Source: Macrostomum lignano
Lineage: Eukaryota
Direction: 5' to 3'
DNA: 64,000 bases
NCBI GenBank assembly: GCA_002269645.1
Contig: NIVC01000144.1
Span: 1-64,000, forward strand
Shown here: piece by piece, positions 36,292 through 48,779 of the stretch
Layout: every line of letters begins with the position of its first letter
How positions within the stretch are numbered: the stretch's first letter is position 1
The notes under the pieces: generated by a model
Seen by the model: only the letters and a program-made list of their open reading frames with translations
The model's database searches: none
What the model was told of the DNA's origin: nothing
Program-made: the position numbers and the translations under genes

Positions 36292-37165
36292 ATGGATTCT
36301 CCTAGCAACGGAGTTTTCCTGTGATTTTTCGCTGCCATTCTCATAGTAGATGTGGCGAGTCAGTCTTCGGTCAGCCAGCACAGGCAGACAGATTCAAAGT
36401 GTCTGAACGTGTCGTTGTCGGTGTGGCAGCTGCCGCAACCCTCCGCCTCCCTGCTCGACTGCTTCGTGTCGAGTCGGTCGTTCCGTCTCGGCAGCGTCGG
36501 CGTGGTGCAGCGGAACAAGCGAGACGCCTCGTGCGCGCTGTTCCGCTTCGGTGAGGTGTGCCGCCTGCTCAACTTGACCAGCTCGTCTACACCGACTGCG
36601 GGAGTGGCCGCTGAGAGCAGCTGCGACACCGTGGTGGACTCGGAGTACGACGCGATTTCTGCAAACGAGCACTTCAGCGCTGTGTGGGTCGGAGACAGGG
36701 GACCGGCGCTGGAGAACCTGGTGTGCGGCTCCCATGGACAGAGGAACCCCATGAAGTCCAGCGGTGTCTCGTGGACGAACGAAGGCGCTCGCATGGACGG
36801 AGTCTCGTCTCGGCTGTGGGTGGACGACCCCACAGGTCTGGACTTCACGGCGTCCTACACCTGGGTGCTGCTCCTGAAGAGAACACCGGGTGACCAATGT
36901 TTCATGGAGCTGTCTGCAGATGCCGCAGCGGGAGGTGGCCCAGCCGATCATTTCTGGGGGTACAGCAGCGTTCCTGGTTTGAAGCGCTGTTTGCACCTGT
37001 TTCCAGGTGCACCCATGGCTTACCAAACAGTTCGTCATTGTTGGATTGTCGTTTAACAGATCGGCGCCCAGGTGCAAGTTCTTCTTCGAGACTGCGTTTG
37101 TGCCGGAGACTTTCAACAAAACGCAAACCGTTGTGTTCAACCAAACCGATGCTGGCCGGTGCTAT
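36292..37165 (+). pseudogene. Secreted PAN-like + LamG-like protein, copy E (pseudogene)
   Basis: ATG at 36292 is in frame with ORF 36352, but TGA at 36322-36324 interrupts the signal peptide. A frameshift/deletion near 37005 leads into QFVIVGLSFNRSAPRCKFFFETAFVP (homologous to copy D); the C-terminus is lost. Confidence 0.85.
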
Positions 37166-37399
37166 AATTCAGAAAGATTTTTTTCGTTTCAAAAATTAAC
37201 AACTTGTTTCACAAGTGTTATTGTTTTGCGATTTTAATGAAAGTTGCTTAAGGAACATGTTAACAGTAAGCATTTTTGTACGAGTAGCTAAATAATGAAT
37301 ATCTAATTCGAAAAAAAAATCGTGACCTTACTTTGAGATGCTGGTCTTATCGTCAAACATTCAGTCTTCTGTTTCTGTTTCTGTCTCATGAACCGTTCG

Positions 37400-37870
37400 G
37401 CAAACTTTTGCCTTATCACAACCGTCTGCAAGATGGATCAGCGTGTCTACCAACAATTTTCAGCCGCTTTTCCTGAGCTCTTATGATAGTCAAAATCTGA
37501 TAACCAACTGGAACTGTTCCTTCAACTGCTGCTGCATTTTCTGCAACGTCAAAAGGGTTCGTCTCAATTGCAATAAAAAGTAGCAGTAAACCATCTTTTC
37601 TTTTACATTCAGCAACCTTGCAATGTCCTTTGGGTGCTCACCTCTGCCGAGTGCTTCGATCACAAGCCAATGGTATTCGTTCAAAAGCCTAGCATATGGT
37701 CTACTTTTCTTGGGCTGATCTTGCTCCTCCGCGGCAGTTGCAAAAATAAGCTACATGGACGAAATTGATGCTTGCTGGACCAAATTAGATGCCGCTGTGC
37801 CAGCCTTGCTACCATAGACAAAAGCTCTGTTACATTGGCAAACATATCTTGCATTGAATTCAATGCGCGT
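37400..37870 (-). mobile_element. Possible Tc1/IS630-like transposase N-terminal (HTH) relic
   Basis: VIEALGRGEHPKDIARLLNVKEKMVY resembles Tc1-family paired-like HTH N-termini; degenerate. Confidence 0.35.
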
Positions 37871-37894
37871 AAGCCTAAATGGACTGCATAAAGC

Positions 37895-38105
37895 TATACT
37901 GGTGGAATCGTTGAGATGTCAAGGCTAATGGGGAATTGCTGAGATGTCAAGGCTTATGGGGAATTGCTGGGATGTCCAGGCTTATGGGGAATGGCTGGGA
38001 TGTCAAGGCTTATATGGGGAATTTCTATGATGTCAAGGCTTATGGGGAATTGCTGGGATGCCAAGGCTTATGGTGGGATTGTTGAGATGTCAAGGCTTAC
38101 TGGAA
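37895..38105. repeat. ~28-bp tandem array (ATGGGGAATTGCTGGGATGTCAAGGCTT), inverted relative to the array at ~35775-35890
   Basis: Its reverse complement AAGCCTTGACATCTCAGCAATTCCCC matches the left array. Confidence 0.85.
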
Positions 38106-38504
38106 GCATGGGTGTATTCTTTAATATATTAGCTATATTTTCATTTTCCTTTTTGCACTCCCCGAACGGGCTGGATTTATAGTATTTACTAAGCTTCAGC
38201 CGCAAAAAGTCTGTATACATCGTTACATTCTGTCTTGGCCTTGAAATTTGGAAGAAGCATTTTTGAGTTTGAATTGAACTCAAAATTGTTCAAAATGGAA
38301 GATCAATTGGTGCACTAAAAATTTTAACTGTTAAAACAAATGATGCTTTAGTAAAATCCAGTGAAACTGAGTTTGTGTATTTTAATTGGCGACGGAGACA
38401 GCAACAGACTGGCTCGCAGCTGAAGGTACAACAAAGGTCAAACAAATTACGCACTTGTTTAAATGAAACATCTGGACCCCACATACAGGAGACCCAAAAG
38501 AGCG

Positions 38505-39225
38505 GAGCGCTGCAATAGCCTCAAGTAAATTACAGAGATTTATCACGCTGTGACAGTACATTACAGAGATTTATCACGCTGTGACAGTACATTACAGAGA
38601 TTTATCACGCTGTGACAGTACATTACAGAAGTTTATCATGCTGTTACAGTACATTACAGAAGTTTATCATGCTGTTACAGTACATTACAGAAGTTTATAA
38701 TGCTGTGACAGTACATTACAGAAGTCTATCATGCTGTTACAGTACATTACAGAAGTTTATCACGCTGTGACAGTACATTACAGAAGTTTATCATGCTGTT
38801 ACAGTACATTACAGAAGTTTATCATGCTGTTACAGTACATTACAGAAGTTTATCATGCTGTTACAGTACATTACAGAAGTTTATCATGCCTTGACAGTAC
38901 ATTTCAGAAGTTTATCACGCTGTTACTGTACATGATCATGCTGTTACAGTAAATTACAGGGATTTATCATGCCGTGACAATAATTTACAGAGATTTATCA
39001 TGCTGGGAGAGTACATTACAGAAATTTATCATGCTGGGACAGTAAATTACAGAGATTTATCAATCTGGGAGAGTACATTACAGAATATTTTATCATGCTG
39101 TTACAGTAAATTACAGAAATTTATCATGCTGTGACAATACATTACAGAAATTTATCATGCTGTTACAATACATTACAGAAATTTATCAAGCTGGGACAGT
39201 ACATTACTGAGATTTATCATGTCAA
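38505..39225. repeat. ~31-bp minisatellite (TTATCATGCTGTTACAGTACATTACAGAAGT)
   Basis: Tandem periodicity. Confidence 0.95.
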
Positions 39226-39452
39226 GCGTGAAGTATTGCTATAGAAACAGTCAACAGAGGGTTACCAATTGCTCACAGGCTGAGCAGCAAAGATGCGATG
39301 CTTCTGCAATTCCCTACTAATATACGCTGCTGAAAAAAAATCAAGGATGAGCTTCAAACATTGAGCTCAGAGGGCCATTTGCAATGAATTGAAACTGAAA
39401 CCAGTGACCGATCCAAACCGCTATGCAGAGAGCTGCCGATTCGAACTCATGA

Positions 39453-41819
39453 CTATTCTTCAGTGTCCGAGTCGTCATCATTTCTCCTGCACTTCTGCAC
39501 CAGAATATAGATGAACTCAAGCAGCTCAAATGTGCTCACGACGCTGATGCCGAGCCAGAGTCCCAGAGTTCCTCCAATCTGCGGGATATGGAGAAAGCAT
39601 GCAGTACTCAAATTTTTGAGCAGATGTCAAAACAGCTGCTGCCCTGTTGCTAGGGAAGAAACTGGGCAGAAGCTCAGTGCGGCCAAAGGAACCGTAGCGG
39701 GATGTCAGTGCGGCCAAAGGAACCGTAGCGGGATGTCAGTGCGGGATGTCTGAAATGCGGGAATATTGCAACCGGATGCAGCTCTCACCTCTGACAGGGC
39801 CTCAGTCCAGTGGTACTTGTACTTCTCTTCGTAAGCATCCGCCGCAGGACTCTGCAAGCTGATGCTGACTGCTGCCAGCTCTTTGGCCAGTTCGCTACGA
39901 GAAACGCAAGACGTTGCAGATTCAATAATTTTTTTTTTATAATCTTTACCCAAGAGTCGGTCAATAAAATTAAATTTTCTTAAAAAATTGAAACGGCAAT
40001 AGTCGCTCCCACGGGCTAGCAAATACAGCTGAATTTCCTGCCTGGTTTTGGTGCTGTTCCTAAATATGTGATGCTCTTTGCCATCCTCGGGCAGGAACTC
40101 GACTCCATGTCTGACTTGCGGCACCATCAGGTTCTCCCAGATCTCTTGAATGGCGCTGAACGGGGGCCACCTGCGGCTCTGCTGCCAAGGCCGTTGCTGA
40201 GTGAACTGGCACCACATCCGGTGCTGGAACTCCTTCGCCAGCTCCTCGCTTTGCCTCTGTGCGTGCTCAAACCAGTGATCATGGCAGTCAATTCTCTTGA
40301 GCACAGCATCCGATGGGGTGATCCACTCCTGTGGTGGAGCGAAGTAGCAAAGGTCGCTCGTATTTACCGAGAACGGGAGCAGGTGCGAATAGCAGCCGCA
40401 GTTGCTGTGCAGGATGCTCTGCTGTGCCTCGACTACGAAATCGGAGACGGACTTTGAGTAGGCCTTGGTGACCACGTTCAGCGAGGCGTTGGAGAAGTGC
40501 CTGACATAGTTGATGGTTTCGATTGGAGGCTCGGAGCATCTGCGGCTCGGCTTCGACATGAGTCGGTTGTGGACCGGCCTGAGTTTGATGGAGGTGCTGG
40601 TGGCTGAGGCCACGTCCACGAACTCGGTCTCTGCGGTTTTGCATGGGTTTGGCATGGGTTGTGAGACTGGTTTGGCATGGGTTGTGCGTGGGCTATGAGA
40701 CTGGTTTGCCATGGGCTGTGAGACTGGTTTGCCATGGGTTGTGCATGGGTTGTGAGACTGGTTTGGCATGGGTTGTGAGACTTTCGTGGAATGAAGCAGT
40801 TTAAACTAAAACATTAAAACTTATTAAAGGTTTATCTAAATATAAGAAAAAAGATTACTATATTGACACTAAATTAAGCAACTAATTTATTAAGTTTTGG
40901 GCTACTTTTTGCTGCAAAAAACTAATTCGCGGGTAGCGAAGCAAAATTACGCACCGCTCATCGGGAAGCTTTTCTCCTCGTGAATGAAAATGCGCAATCC
41001 AGCGGACTGCGGCTCGTTGTTCTGCAGCAACCGGTTGACGGCTTTGCTGCGTAAGAACTTGCGAGTGATGCAGCCGTCGGGCAGTGCTCCATTTGGGTAA
41101 ATTTCATACAAGTCGGGATACTTCTCGTTGCTATCGGTGAAGAGCACCATGTCCAGCTCGGCTCCCCTGCCCCCAGGACCGCTGGACGACTGCCGTGGGT
41201 CCGGGTGGAACGTGTAGCAGTTCCAGAACCGGCTGGTCTGGACAAGCGAGAAGTTCTTGTGACTGCACGGCTCGCTGTTGTAGCGGCAGCTCAGCAGCAT
41301 GGTCTCGTCGAGCTGGGAGATGTCTCTGGTGTCGCCCGATACCCACATCACGTCCAGGACCTTCTTGCACACCTTCTCAAGTCGGTTATCATAGCTTTCA
41401 TCCGATTCTTGCGGGCGCTTCTGGGTGTCCTCCTTGAACCAGTTGTCGAAGTTGCCCCAGAAGATTTCAAAGTAGTCAAACACCTCAAACTTAAACTCAT
41501 TCTTAGAGTGGAATTCAAGGAAATTTATAATAGACAGCAGAGATGCAGAAGCGGGCTTGAAGTTGCAAATTGTGACGTCGGGAAACTGGGCTCGTTCGCT
41601 CCTCAGCTTCAGCTGCGACTCAACGGAGCGCTCGGTGAATTTCTGCACCAACTTGGCCAAGTGGACGCTGCAGCCGATCAGGGCAGCTACGAACAGAAGC
41701 AGCCAGAAGAGCCGTCGAGCTGAGCCTCTGGACAGGAAGATGTGCAGCAAGCCGTGGGTTCTCGTGATGCCAGCCACCTCCTGGGCGGCACCGGTCACCG
41801 TGCGGAGTCGGTCTTGCAT
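39453..41819 (-). CDS. DEG/ENaC (amiloride-sensitive sodium channel family) subunit; exons 41819-40955, 40630-39789 (possibly split by a 147-nt GC-AG intron), 39578-39453
   Basis: N-terminal THG motif and TM1; FPDVTICN; AGLRIFIH; TM2 IGGTLGLWLGISVVSTFE containing the GxS filter; consistent splice phases. Confidence 0.9.
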
Positions 41820-43354
41820 TTTCCTCTTCAGCTAATTGTAACTTCAGCTTGTAGATTTCTCAAAGCAGTTGCTAACGAGTTTTTTGCTAGTGCCCAGAGA
41901 ATACCGAGCGCTCAAGCCGAGTATTCTTTCGCCCGGCAGTCCTGTTGCAACAGTGCGAGCTGCGTCCGATCGCTGCCCGAGACTAAATCCCTCCCGCGAC
42001 TTTCGTACTTTGCTACATTGGCAAGCTCAGAACGCAGATCAAACACATTGCAAAAACACAGAACATTTTTTATAATCTGTGGCTTTACACCCAGGGAATA
42101 CGCAGCTTAAATTGTTACTATAGTTTATTTACCATACTAACAACGCTTCAGTCAAAGATTGATTGTTTAACGATGATTGAAAATTTTGCCATAGACAATT
42201 TATTTTATATGTATTGTACTCTAAACGTTCAATGCATGAAAAACATTGGGAATAGAAAATCATAGAAAAGCTACGCATTTTAACACATGCGCTAACATGA
42301 ACAAAACAAAAAGCATAGATGAACTAAATACGCATTTTAACACAAACTGTGCGTTAACAAATTTAGCGTGGAAAAACGTAAAATACGCATTTTTACACAC
42401 ATTTAAACAAATTAAGAGCACAGAAAAAACATGGAAGACATTTTAAAATGTGTGTAGTGAAGCATTAAAAGCAATTAGCTAGTTGTTATGACACATCAGC
42501 TTTACCATGTTGGAACATCTGTTCTCGCGTAGTTTTAGGAAGCGAATAGATTTCAATGCGATCCAGGTCGCCAACCGTCAGAGGAGCGTCATCTGATATA
42601 TCCGGTAGGGGTGTATCCAGAACCGAACGGTCATCCATCGTGGGATCTTCTAAGAAACGGATGAACTCCGCTAGATCAGCGTCGCCAGCGTGGTCGGTTG
42701 CACTCAGCAGAGAAAGGAAATCCATTTCGCTTGAAGACTCTCCGTTAAGAGAATCAGTAGGCAGATTTTTCCAATTTATTAGATGCATTTTAGTGGTTGA
42801 TGTTAAAGCAAGCAAGCTTATATCAAGCCGCAGTCCCCTGCATTTCTCTACTCTATATTCACTCGATAGTCAATGGTACAGTTGGAATCGCTCCATCAGT
42901 AGGCAGATTTGCAGTGTCGATGTCGTTGTCGATGTCTATGGCCAAAACCTGCGCAGTCTAGGACGTTTCTGATTCGCTGAGACATTGTTAAACAATCGGC
43001 GTTAAACGACGCTTCAGCGTTAAACAATGCTTCTAGTCGAGTATGCTAAACGATAGTGACAATAAGTCTATACATACGGTACTATCGTTAAACAATAAGC
43101 AAAGATCACGAGTGGCGTATTTTGCTTATTGTTTACCTCTAGTACCGTATGTATAATCTCCCATTGTTACTTATGGTTTACCATACTAACAACGCTTCAG
43201 TCAAAGATTGATTGTTTAACGATTGTCTCACTCATATTGAATATTGTCGACAATTATGTCCAAAGCCACTAACTCGTCCCTTCGCCAATCCGGGCAATTT
43301 AATCATCAGAAACCATTAGACAACTCTCTAATCATAGTCTCGGTCGAAGATGCT

Positions 43355-43567
43355 TCTGAAGCTGTTCAGTCCAAGGACTGGGGGGTCGCCACACACACCC
43401 TCAATTACCCCAGTTAAACGCTGGTACCCATTTTACAGCTGGGTAAACTGAAGCAATGCAGAGTTAAGTGTCTTGCTCAAGGACACAAATTGTTCCAGGG
43501 GGGATCCGGAATCGAACCCCCGATCTTCCAGTCGTGAGTCCAACGCTCTGACCGCTGCAGGGCTGCA
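43355..43567 (-). mobile_element. tRNA-derived CORE-type SINE, second copy
   Basis: B box GGTTCGATTCC, then TGTGTCCTTGAGCAAGACACTTAACTC...CAGTTTACCCAGCTGTAAAATGGG, which aligns with the MIR CORE; homologous to 12470-12672. Confidence 0.8.
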
Positions 43568-44269
43568 ATCCCACTGTGGCCTTAAGAATTATCAAATAAT
43601 TCGATTATTTGATTTCCGTTGTTCTTTCCATCCAGGATGATAAAACGCCGTCGAATGACACATGTACCATTTTAACAAATGCCAGTTGGACAAACGTCAG
43701 CCATTTTTTAAACAACCTTTCTAAACTATCCTTATATTCTCGCTGGATATATGGGTTTAAAAAACTCACAATGTCTCTGTCTCTATCTATGGCATAAGCT
43801 GATGCTACAATGATCATTTTCTTCTAAGCTCGCACTACCATAGCTATAGCTGATGTTCTTAATCGCACACACAAATTATCTAGATTTAGACAGATTTGAT
43901 TGCCAAATGTCCAACGAGTGGAATAGTTATACAGGACAGTTTATTGATGAAAAATAATATAATCAAACTTTTGCATTAAGTTAATTTATACCGCAAAATA
44001 CTACTTAAAGTAAAGAGTCATTGTGTCTCTATTTATTCAAAAAAATCAATAAAATATTAATCGTTTTTCTACATGATTGTCGGCTTGAAAGCGACAAAAA
44101 ATATGAAAGTTGCATGTTCAGAATGATTTTTCAAATAGTAGCAGTAGAATAACTGGACTTTTGAATACGACCAGGTAATCATTGAATAATATTGAGGTAA
44201 AGGTTTCTAGAAAGTGCTTTTTCGATACATATCGGCAATTGTTTTCATTATATTCTGGTTTAGTTATAA

Positions 44270-46709
44270 CTAAGCAGAGACGGTGCTGCGGCTGCTGAGC
44301 ACGGTGACAATCTGCTCAAGTGGAATGTTGCCGTCCTCATCAGGTTCGAGCAGCTGGACCAGCTCCTCCACTTCGCTGGGGTCCATTCTGTCGCCCAGAC
44401 TCACCATGATGTAGCGGAGCTTGTCCACGTGTAGCTTGCCAGTGTCCTGCTCATCGAATACCTGCGGGTGACGGTTATGGGTGTTAGTTATAGACGTTAG
44501 ATATGGGTGTTAGATATGGATGTTAGATATGGGTGTTAGTTATAGATGTTAGATATGGGTGTTAGATATGGATGTTAGATATGTGTGTTAGATATGGCTT
44601 TTACATAAAAATGTTAGATATGGGTGCTAGATATGTGTTAGATGTAGGTTATGGATATATTCATGTATGTGTTAGATGTGGATGTTAAGTATGGGTGTTA
44701 CATACGAGTGTTAGAATGGGTGCTAGATATGTATGTTAGATATGAATTTTAGAAATATGGGTGTTAGATTCAAGTGTTAGATATGGGTATTTTATATGAG
44801 TGTCATATGTAGGTGTTACATATGGGTGTTAGATATAAACGTTAGATTTGTTTTTTAGATACATGTGTGTATGAGTGTTAGATATGGGTTTTGGATATGG
44901 GTGTTAGATATGGGTGTTAGATATGGGTGTTAGATACAGGTGTTGAATATGCATGCTAGATATGTGTTGTTAGAAATGCACATATTTGTGTTGATAATAT
45001 TCTCATAATTTGACTGTTAGACATGGAATGTTAAATTTGTTAACTAATTTACCTGGTATGCAGGGTTGTACCTAGTTATACTTTCTAATAATCCATAAAT
45101 CAATAAGCCATCAGCGTTAGTCCCTCTCAGCCTTGTCAATTTCTCAAGTTCCCGCTGTCACAGCAGTGCAGGGGTCCCAATGCAATTAAAAACAGTTGAC
45201 GGACCAATAATTCCTGGAGTAATAATGGACTTTCTGCACACACTTCTTTAACTACATGTATAGTTGATATTGTTATTGGTCCTTTTCTAGCAACCATTAG
45301 TTTTATAACTCCGTTCGAGTACCTCAATCAAAACTTACTGAGCAATTAGGAGTTAATTGAAGCTTAAAAGATAAGCCGGTTTCATTATTCTGAAGGCCTC
45401 AGCTCTTGCACTAAATTCGAAATTCAAGTCTTTCCTGCCTCTTAAAGTGAGTTTTAGAAATTCCTGAGCTACTTGAAAGAGTCCACTGCGGCAAATGATA
45501 CGAATTATCTAACAGGGAAATCTCCGTGTCTAAGACTCTAAGAGGTCTGCTTCGGTGTCTAACTCATTTTGAATTTCTAACAGGTGAATTGTAACTGCCT
45601 AACAGGTGAACTCTGTGAGCGTTTAACAGGTGAAGTCATCTTGAGTGTCTAACAGGTGACTCATCCTGAGTGTCTGACAAGTGACGCAACCTGGGTGTCT
45701 AACAGGTGACTCATCCTGAGTGTCTAACAGGTGACTCATCCTGAGTGTCTAACAGGTGACTCATTCTGAGTGTCTAACAGGTGACTCATCCTGAGTGTCT
45801 AACAGGTGACTCATCCTGAGTGTCTAACAAGTGACTCATTCTGAGTGTCTAACAGGTGACTCATCCTGAGTGTCTAACAGGTGACTCATTCTGAGTGTCT
45901 AACAGGTGACTCATCCTGAGTGTCTAACAGGTGACTCATCCTGAGTGTCTAACAGGTGACTCATTCTGAGTGTCTAACAAGTGACTCATTCTGAGTGTCT
46001 AACAAGTGACGCAACCTGGGTGTCTAACAGGTGACTCATCCTGAGTGTCTAACAGGTGACTCATTCTGAGTGTCTAACAGGTGACTCATCCTGAGTGTCT
46101 AACAGGTGACTCATCCTGAGTGTCTAACAGGTGACTCATTCTGAGTGTCTAACAGGTGACGCAACCTGAGTGTCTAACAGGTGACTCATCCTGAGTGTCT
46201 AACAGGTGACTCATCCTGAGTGTCTAACAGGTGACTCATCCTGAGTGTCTAACAGGTGACTCATCCTGAGTGTCTAACAGGTGACTCATTCTGAGTGTCT
46301 AACAGGTGACTTATCCTGAGTGTCTGACAGGTGACTCATTCTGAGTGTCTGACAGGTGACTCATCCTGAGTGTCTAACAAGTGACTCATTCTGAGTGTCT
46401 AGCGCGTCACTACCAGCCGCTCACCTTTAGAGCCTCCCGAATCTGTGTCCCAGACTCTCCTTCGTTCATCTTCTTCATCATGAGGATGGTGAACTCGGCA
46501 AAGTCCAACTCTCCGTTGCCGTCAACGTCCACCTGCCTGATGAGGCGCTGCACCTCGTCCTCCGAAGGATTCTGGCCCAGCGACCGCATCACGTCGCCGA
46601 GCTCGTTCGCCGAGATGGTGCCGCCCCCGTCGCGGTCGAACAGCAGGAAGGCCTCGCGCAGTTCTGCAATTTCATCTTCAGACAGATCGAATTCGGCCTC
46701 CGATTTCAT
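44270..46709 (-). CDS. Calmodulin-like EF-hand protein; exons 46709-46425 and 44461-44270 (~158 aa)
   Basis: [32 protein letters not shown]; [13 protein letters not shown]; exon 2 [26 protein letters not shown]. Phase-0 GT-AG intron; an upstream exon is possible. Confidence 0.88.
44475..44950. repeat. Degenerate ~13-14-bp repeat (ATATGGGTGTTAG) in the calmodulin-like intron
   Basis: Tandem periodicity. Confidence 0.9.
45590..46400. repeat. 25-bp minisatellite (AACAGGTGACTCATCCTGAGTGTCT), ~30 copies
   Basis: Tandem periodicity; most units contain TGACTCA. Confidence 0.97.
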
Positions 46710-47129
46710 GCCTGACTGGGGAAGGTCAATCTCTACAGGTGGATTATAGTTGGAGTCGCTAATCCCCAGCAACCGGAGGTTATATAACTGACTTACAGAG
46801 CCAATCAGCTTCTGGGCGAGAGAAATAAGGGAAGACAGCGAACAAAGAGGATATGGGTATGGAGTAGGAGGGGGGTGTTGATACAGATGTACTGCCAACT
46901 CAGACTCACGGATCCCAGTTTGCAAACAGACACCACCCACAGGCTTCAGGCCTTCTGCCAGTTCTTTCTCGATCGTGTGGAATTTCTCATGCTCCATTCA
47001 GCTACTGGTTTCGTGTGTCTCTCATTTCTGTGATGCACTCTGGCAGTCGTCGCCTGAGTTCACCTCTCCCAGATCCTTATTTATCTACTCTCACTCTGCT
47101 CGTGAGGCACGACAGACAGTCTCTCTGTC

Positions 47130-48110
47130 GACTACTATGTCTACCTCTCTATCTACCTGTCTTTCTACCTCTTTATCTACCTGTCTGTCTACCTCTCTAT
47201 CTACCTGTCTGTCTACCTCTCTATCTACCTGTCTGTCTACCTCTCTATCTACCTGTCTGTCTACCTCTCTATCTACCTGTCTGTCTACCTCTCTATCTAC
47301 CTGTCTGTCTACCTATCTATCTACCTGTCTGTCTACCTATCTATCTACCTGTCTGTCTACCTCTCTATCTACCTGTCCGTCTACCTCTCTATCTACCTGT
47401 CTGTCTACCTATCTATCTACCTGTCTGTCTACCTCTCTATCTACCTGTCTGTCTACCTCTCTATCTACCTGTCTGTCAACCTCTCTATCTACCTGTCTGT
47501 CTACCTCTCTATCTACCTGTCTGTCTACCTCTCTATCTACCTGTCTGTCTACCTCTCTATCTACCTGTCTGTCTACCTCTCTATCTACCTGTCTGTCTAC
47601 CTCTCTATCTACCTGTCTGTCTACCTCTTTATCTACCTGTCTGTCTACCTCTCTATCTACCTGTCTGTCTACCTATCTATCTACCTGTCTGTTTAATTTT
47701 CTATCCACCTGTCTGTCTACCTCTTTATCTACCTGTCTGTCTACCTCTTTATCTACCTTTCTGTCTACCTCTCTATCTACCTGTCTGTTTAATTTTCTAT
47801 CCACCTGTCTGTCTACCTCTCTATCAACCTGTCTGTCTACCTATCTATCTACCTGTCTGTCTACCTCTCTATCTACCTGTCTGTCTACCTCTCTATCTAC
47901 CTGTCTGTCTACCTCTCTATCTACCTGCCTTCTACCTCTCTATCTACCTGTCTGTCTACCTCTCTATCTACCTGTCTGTCTACCTCTCTATCTACCTGTC
48001 TGTCTACTTCTCTATCTACCTGTCTTTCGACCTCTCTATCTACCTGTCTTTCGACCTCTCCATCTATCCATCTCTATCTCTATCTATCTACCCGTCTGTC
48101 TATCTCTCTA
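47130..48110. repeat. 24-bp minisatellite (CTACCTCTCTATCTACCTGTCTGT)
   Basis: Tandem periodicity; explains ORFs 46975 and 47015. Confidence 0.97.
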
Positions 48111-48779
48111 TCTACCAATTTTTGACTGCTCTATCTACCTAACTGCCTGACTGTCTACCCTAAAAATTAAGGTGGAAGTCTGGCCGTGCACAGTGCGTGC
48201 AGTATCGAAGCAGCATGACAAGTATCAAAAAGTTGCAAAACGGAAGCACAGGAAACGAGAGTACACACGGGTAGATGAGGTGTCGAAAAGTCGAAGCTTT
48301 TAGCAGAATGACTGTTTTATTGTGTCGTTTTTATGATTCTTGGTCCTTCCCCCTCTTCTCCCAGAATTTGCATCGCAAGCATCCCCACCACTGCGCCAGT
48401 GGCTTCATCTGCAGTTTAATATCCCGATTTCATATACTTCAGCTCTCTCCCCAGCTTTCTTGTTCCTTCCTTCCTCCCATCCCAACCGGGAGATTTGGTT
48501 GGGAAAATTTCTGCTAAATGCAGATCCCAGCGCGAGGGGAACAATGAGAGAATTGAGGAGGCTTGCAGTTTCGTTGGGTCTGGGGGGGGGGGAGAATTCA
48601 GAGTTCGCCTCATCAGTCCGATAGGACGCAGGTTGTGACAAATGCTAAGCCTAGAGCAGACCGCACATAGTTCTCCCGCCTTTAATCTGGCTCGATCGAT
48701 TGAGTAGACTGACGCGTGACTTTGGAGCATGAATCTTTTATTTAAAGTAAAAAAATTGCTTAAATATAAAGACTGAGTA

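Noticed and set aside
36322-36324. In-frame TGA in copy E as selenocysteine or readthrough
   Set aside because: It lies in the signal peptide, no SECIS was seen, and the copy also has a frameshift and a lost C-terminus
3110-36893. Antisense and alternate-frame ORFs recurring over each family copy (MQHPGVG.., MKSRPVG.., MGRRQGTG..)
   Set aside because: Shadows of the GC-rich, nearly identical core; their recurrence follows from DNA identity, not separate selection
46975-48150. 391-aa and 375-aa ORFs (STSLSTCL / LPLYLPVC repeats)
   Set aside because: Translations of a 24-bp minisatellite
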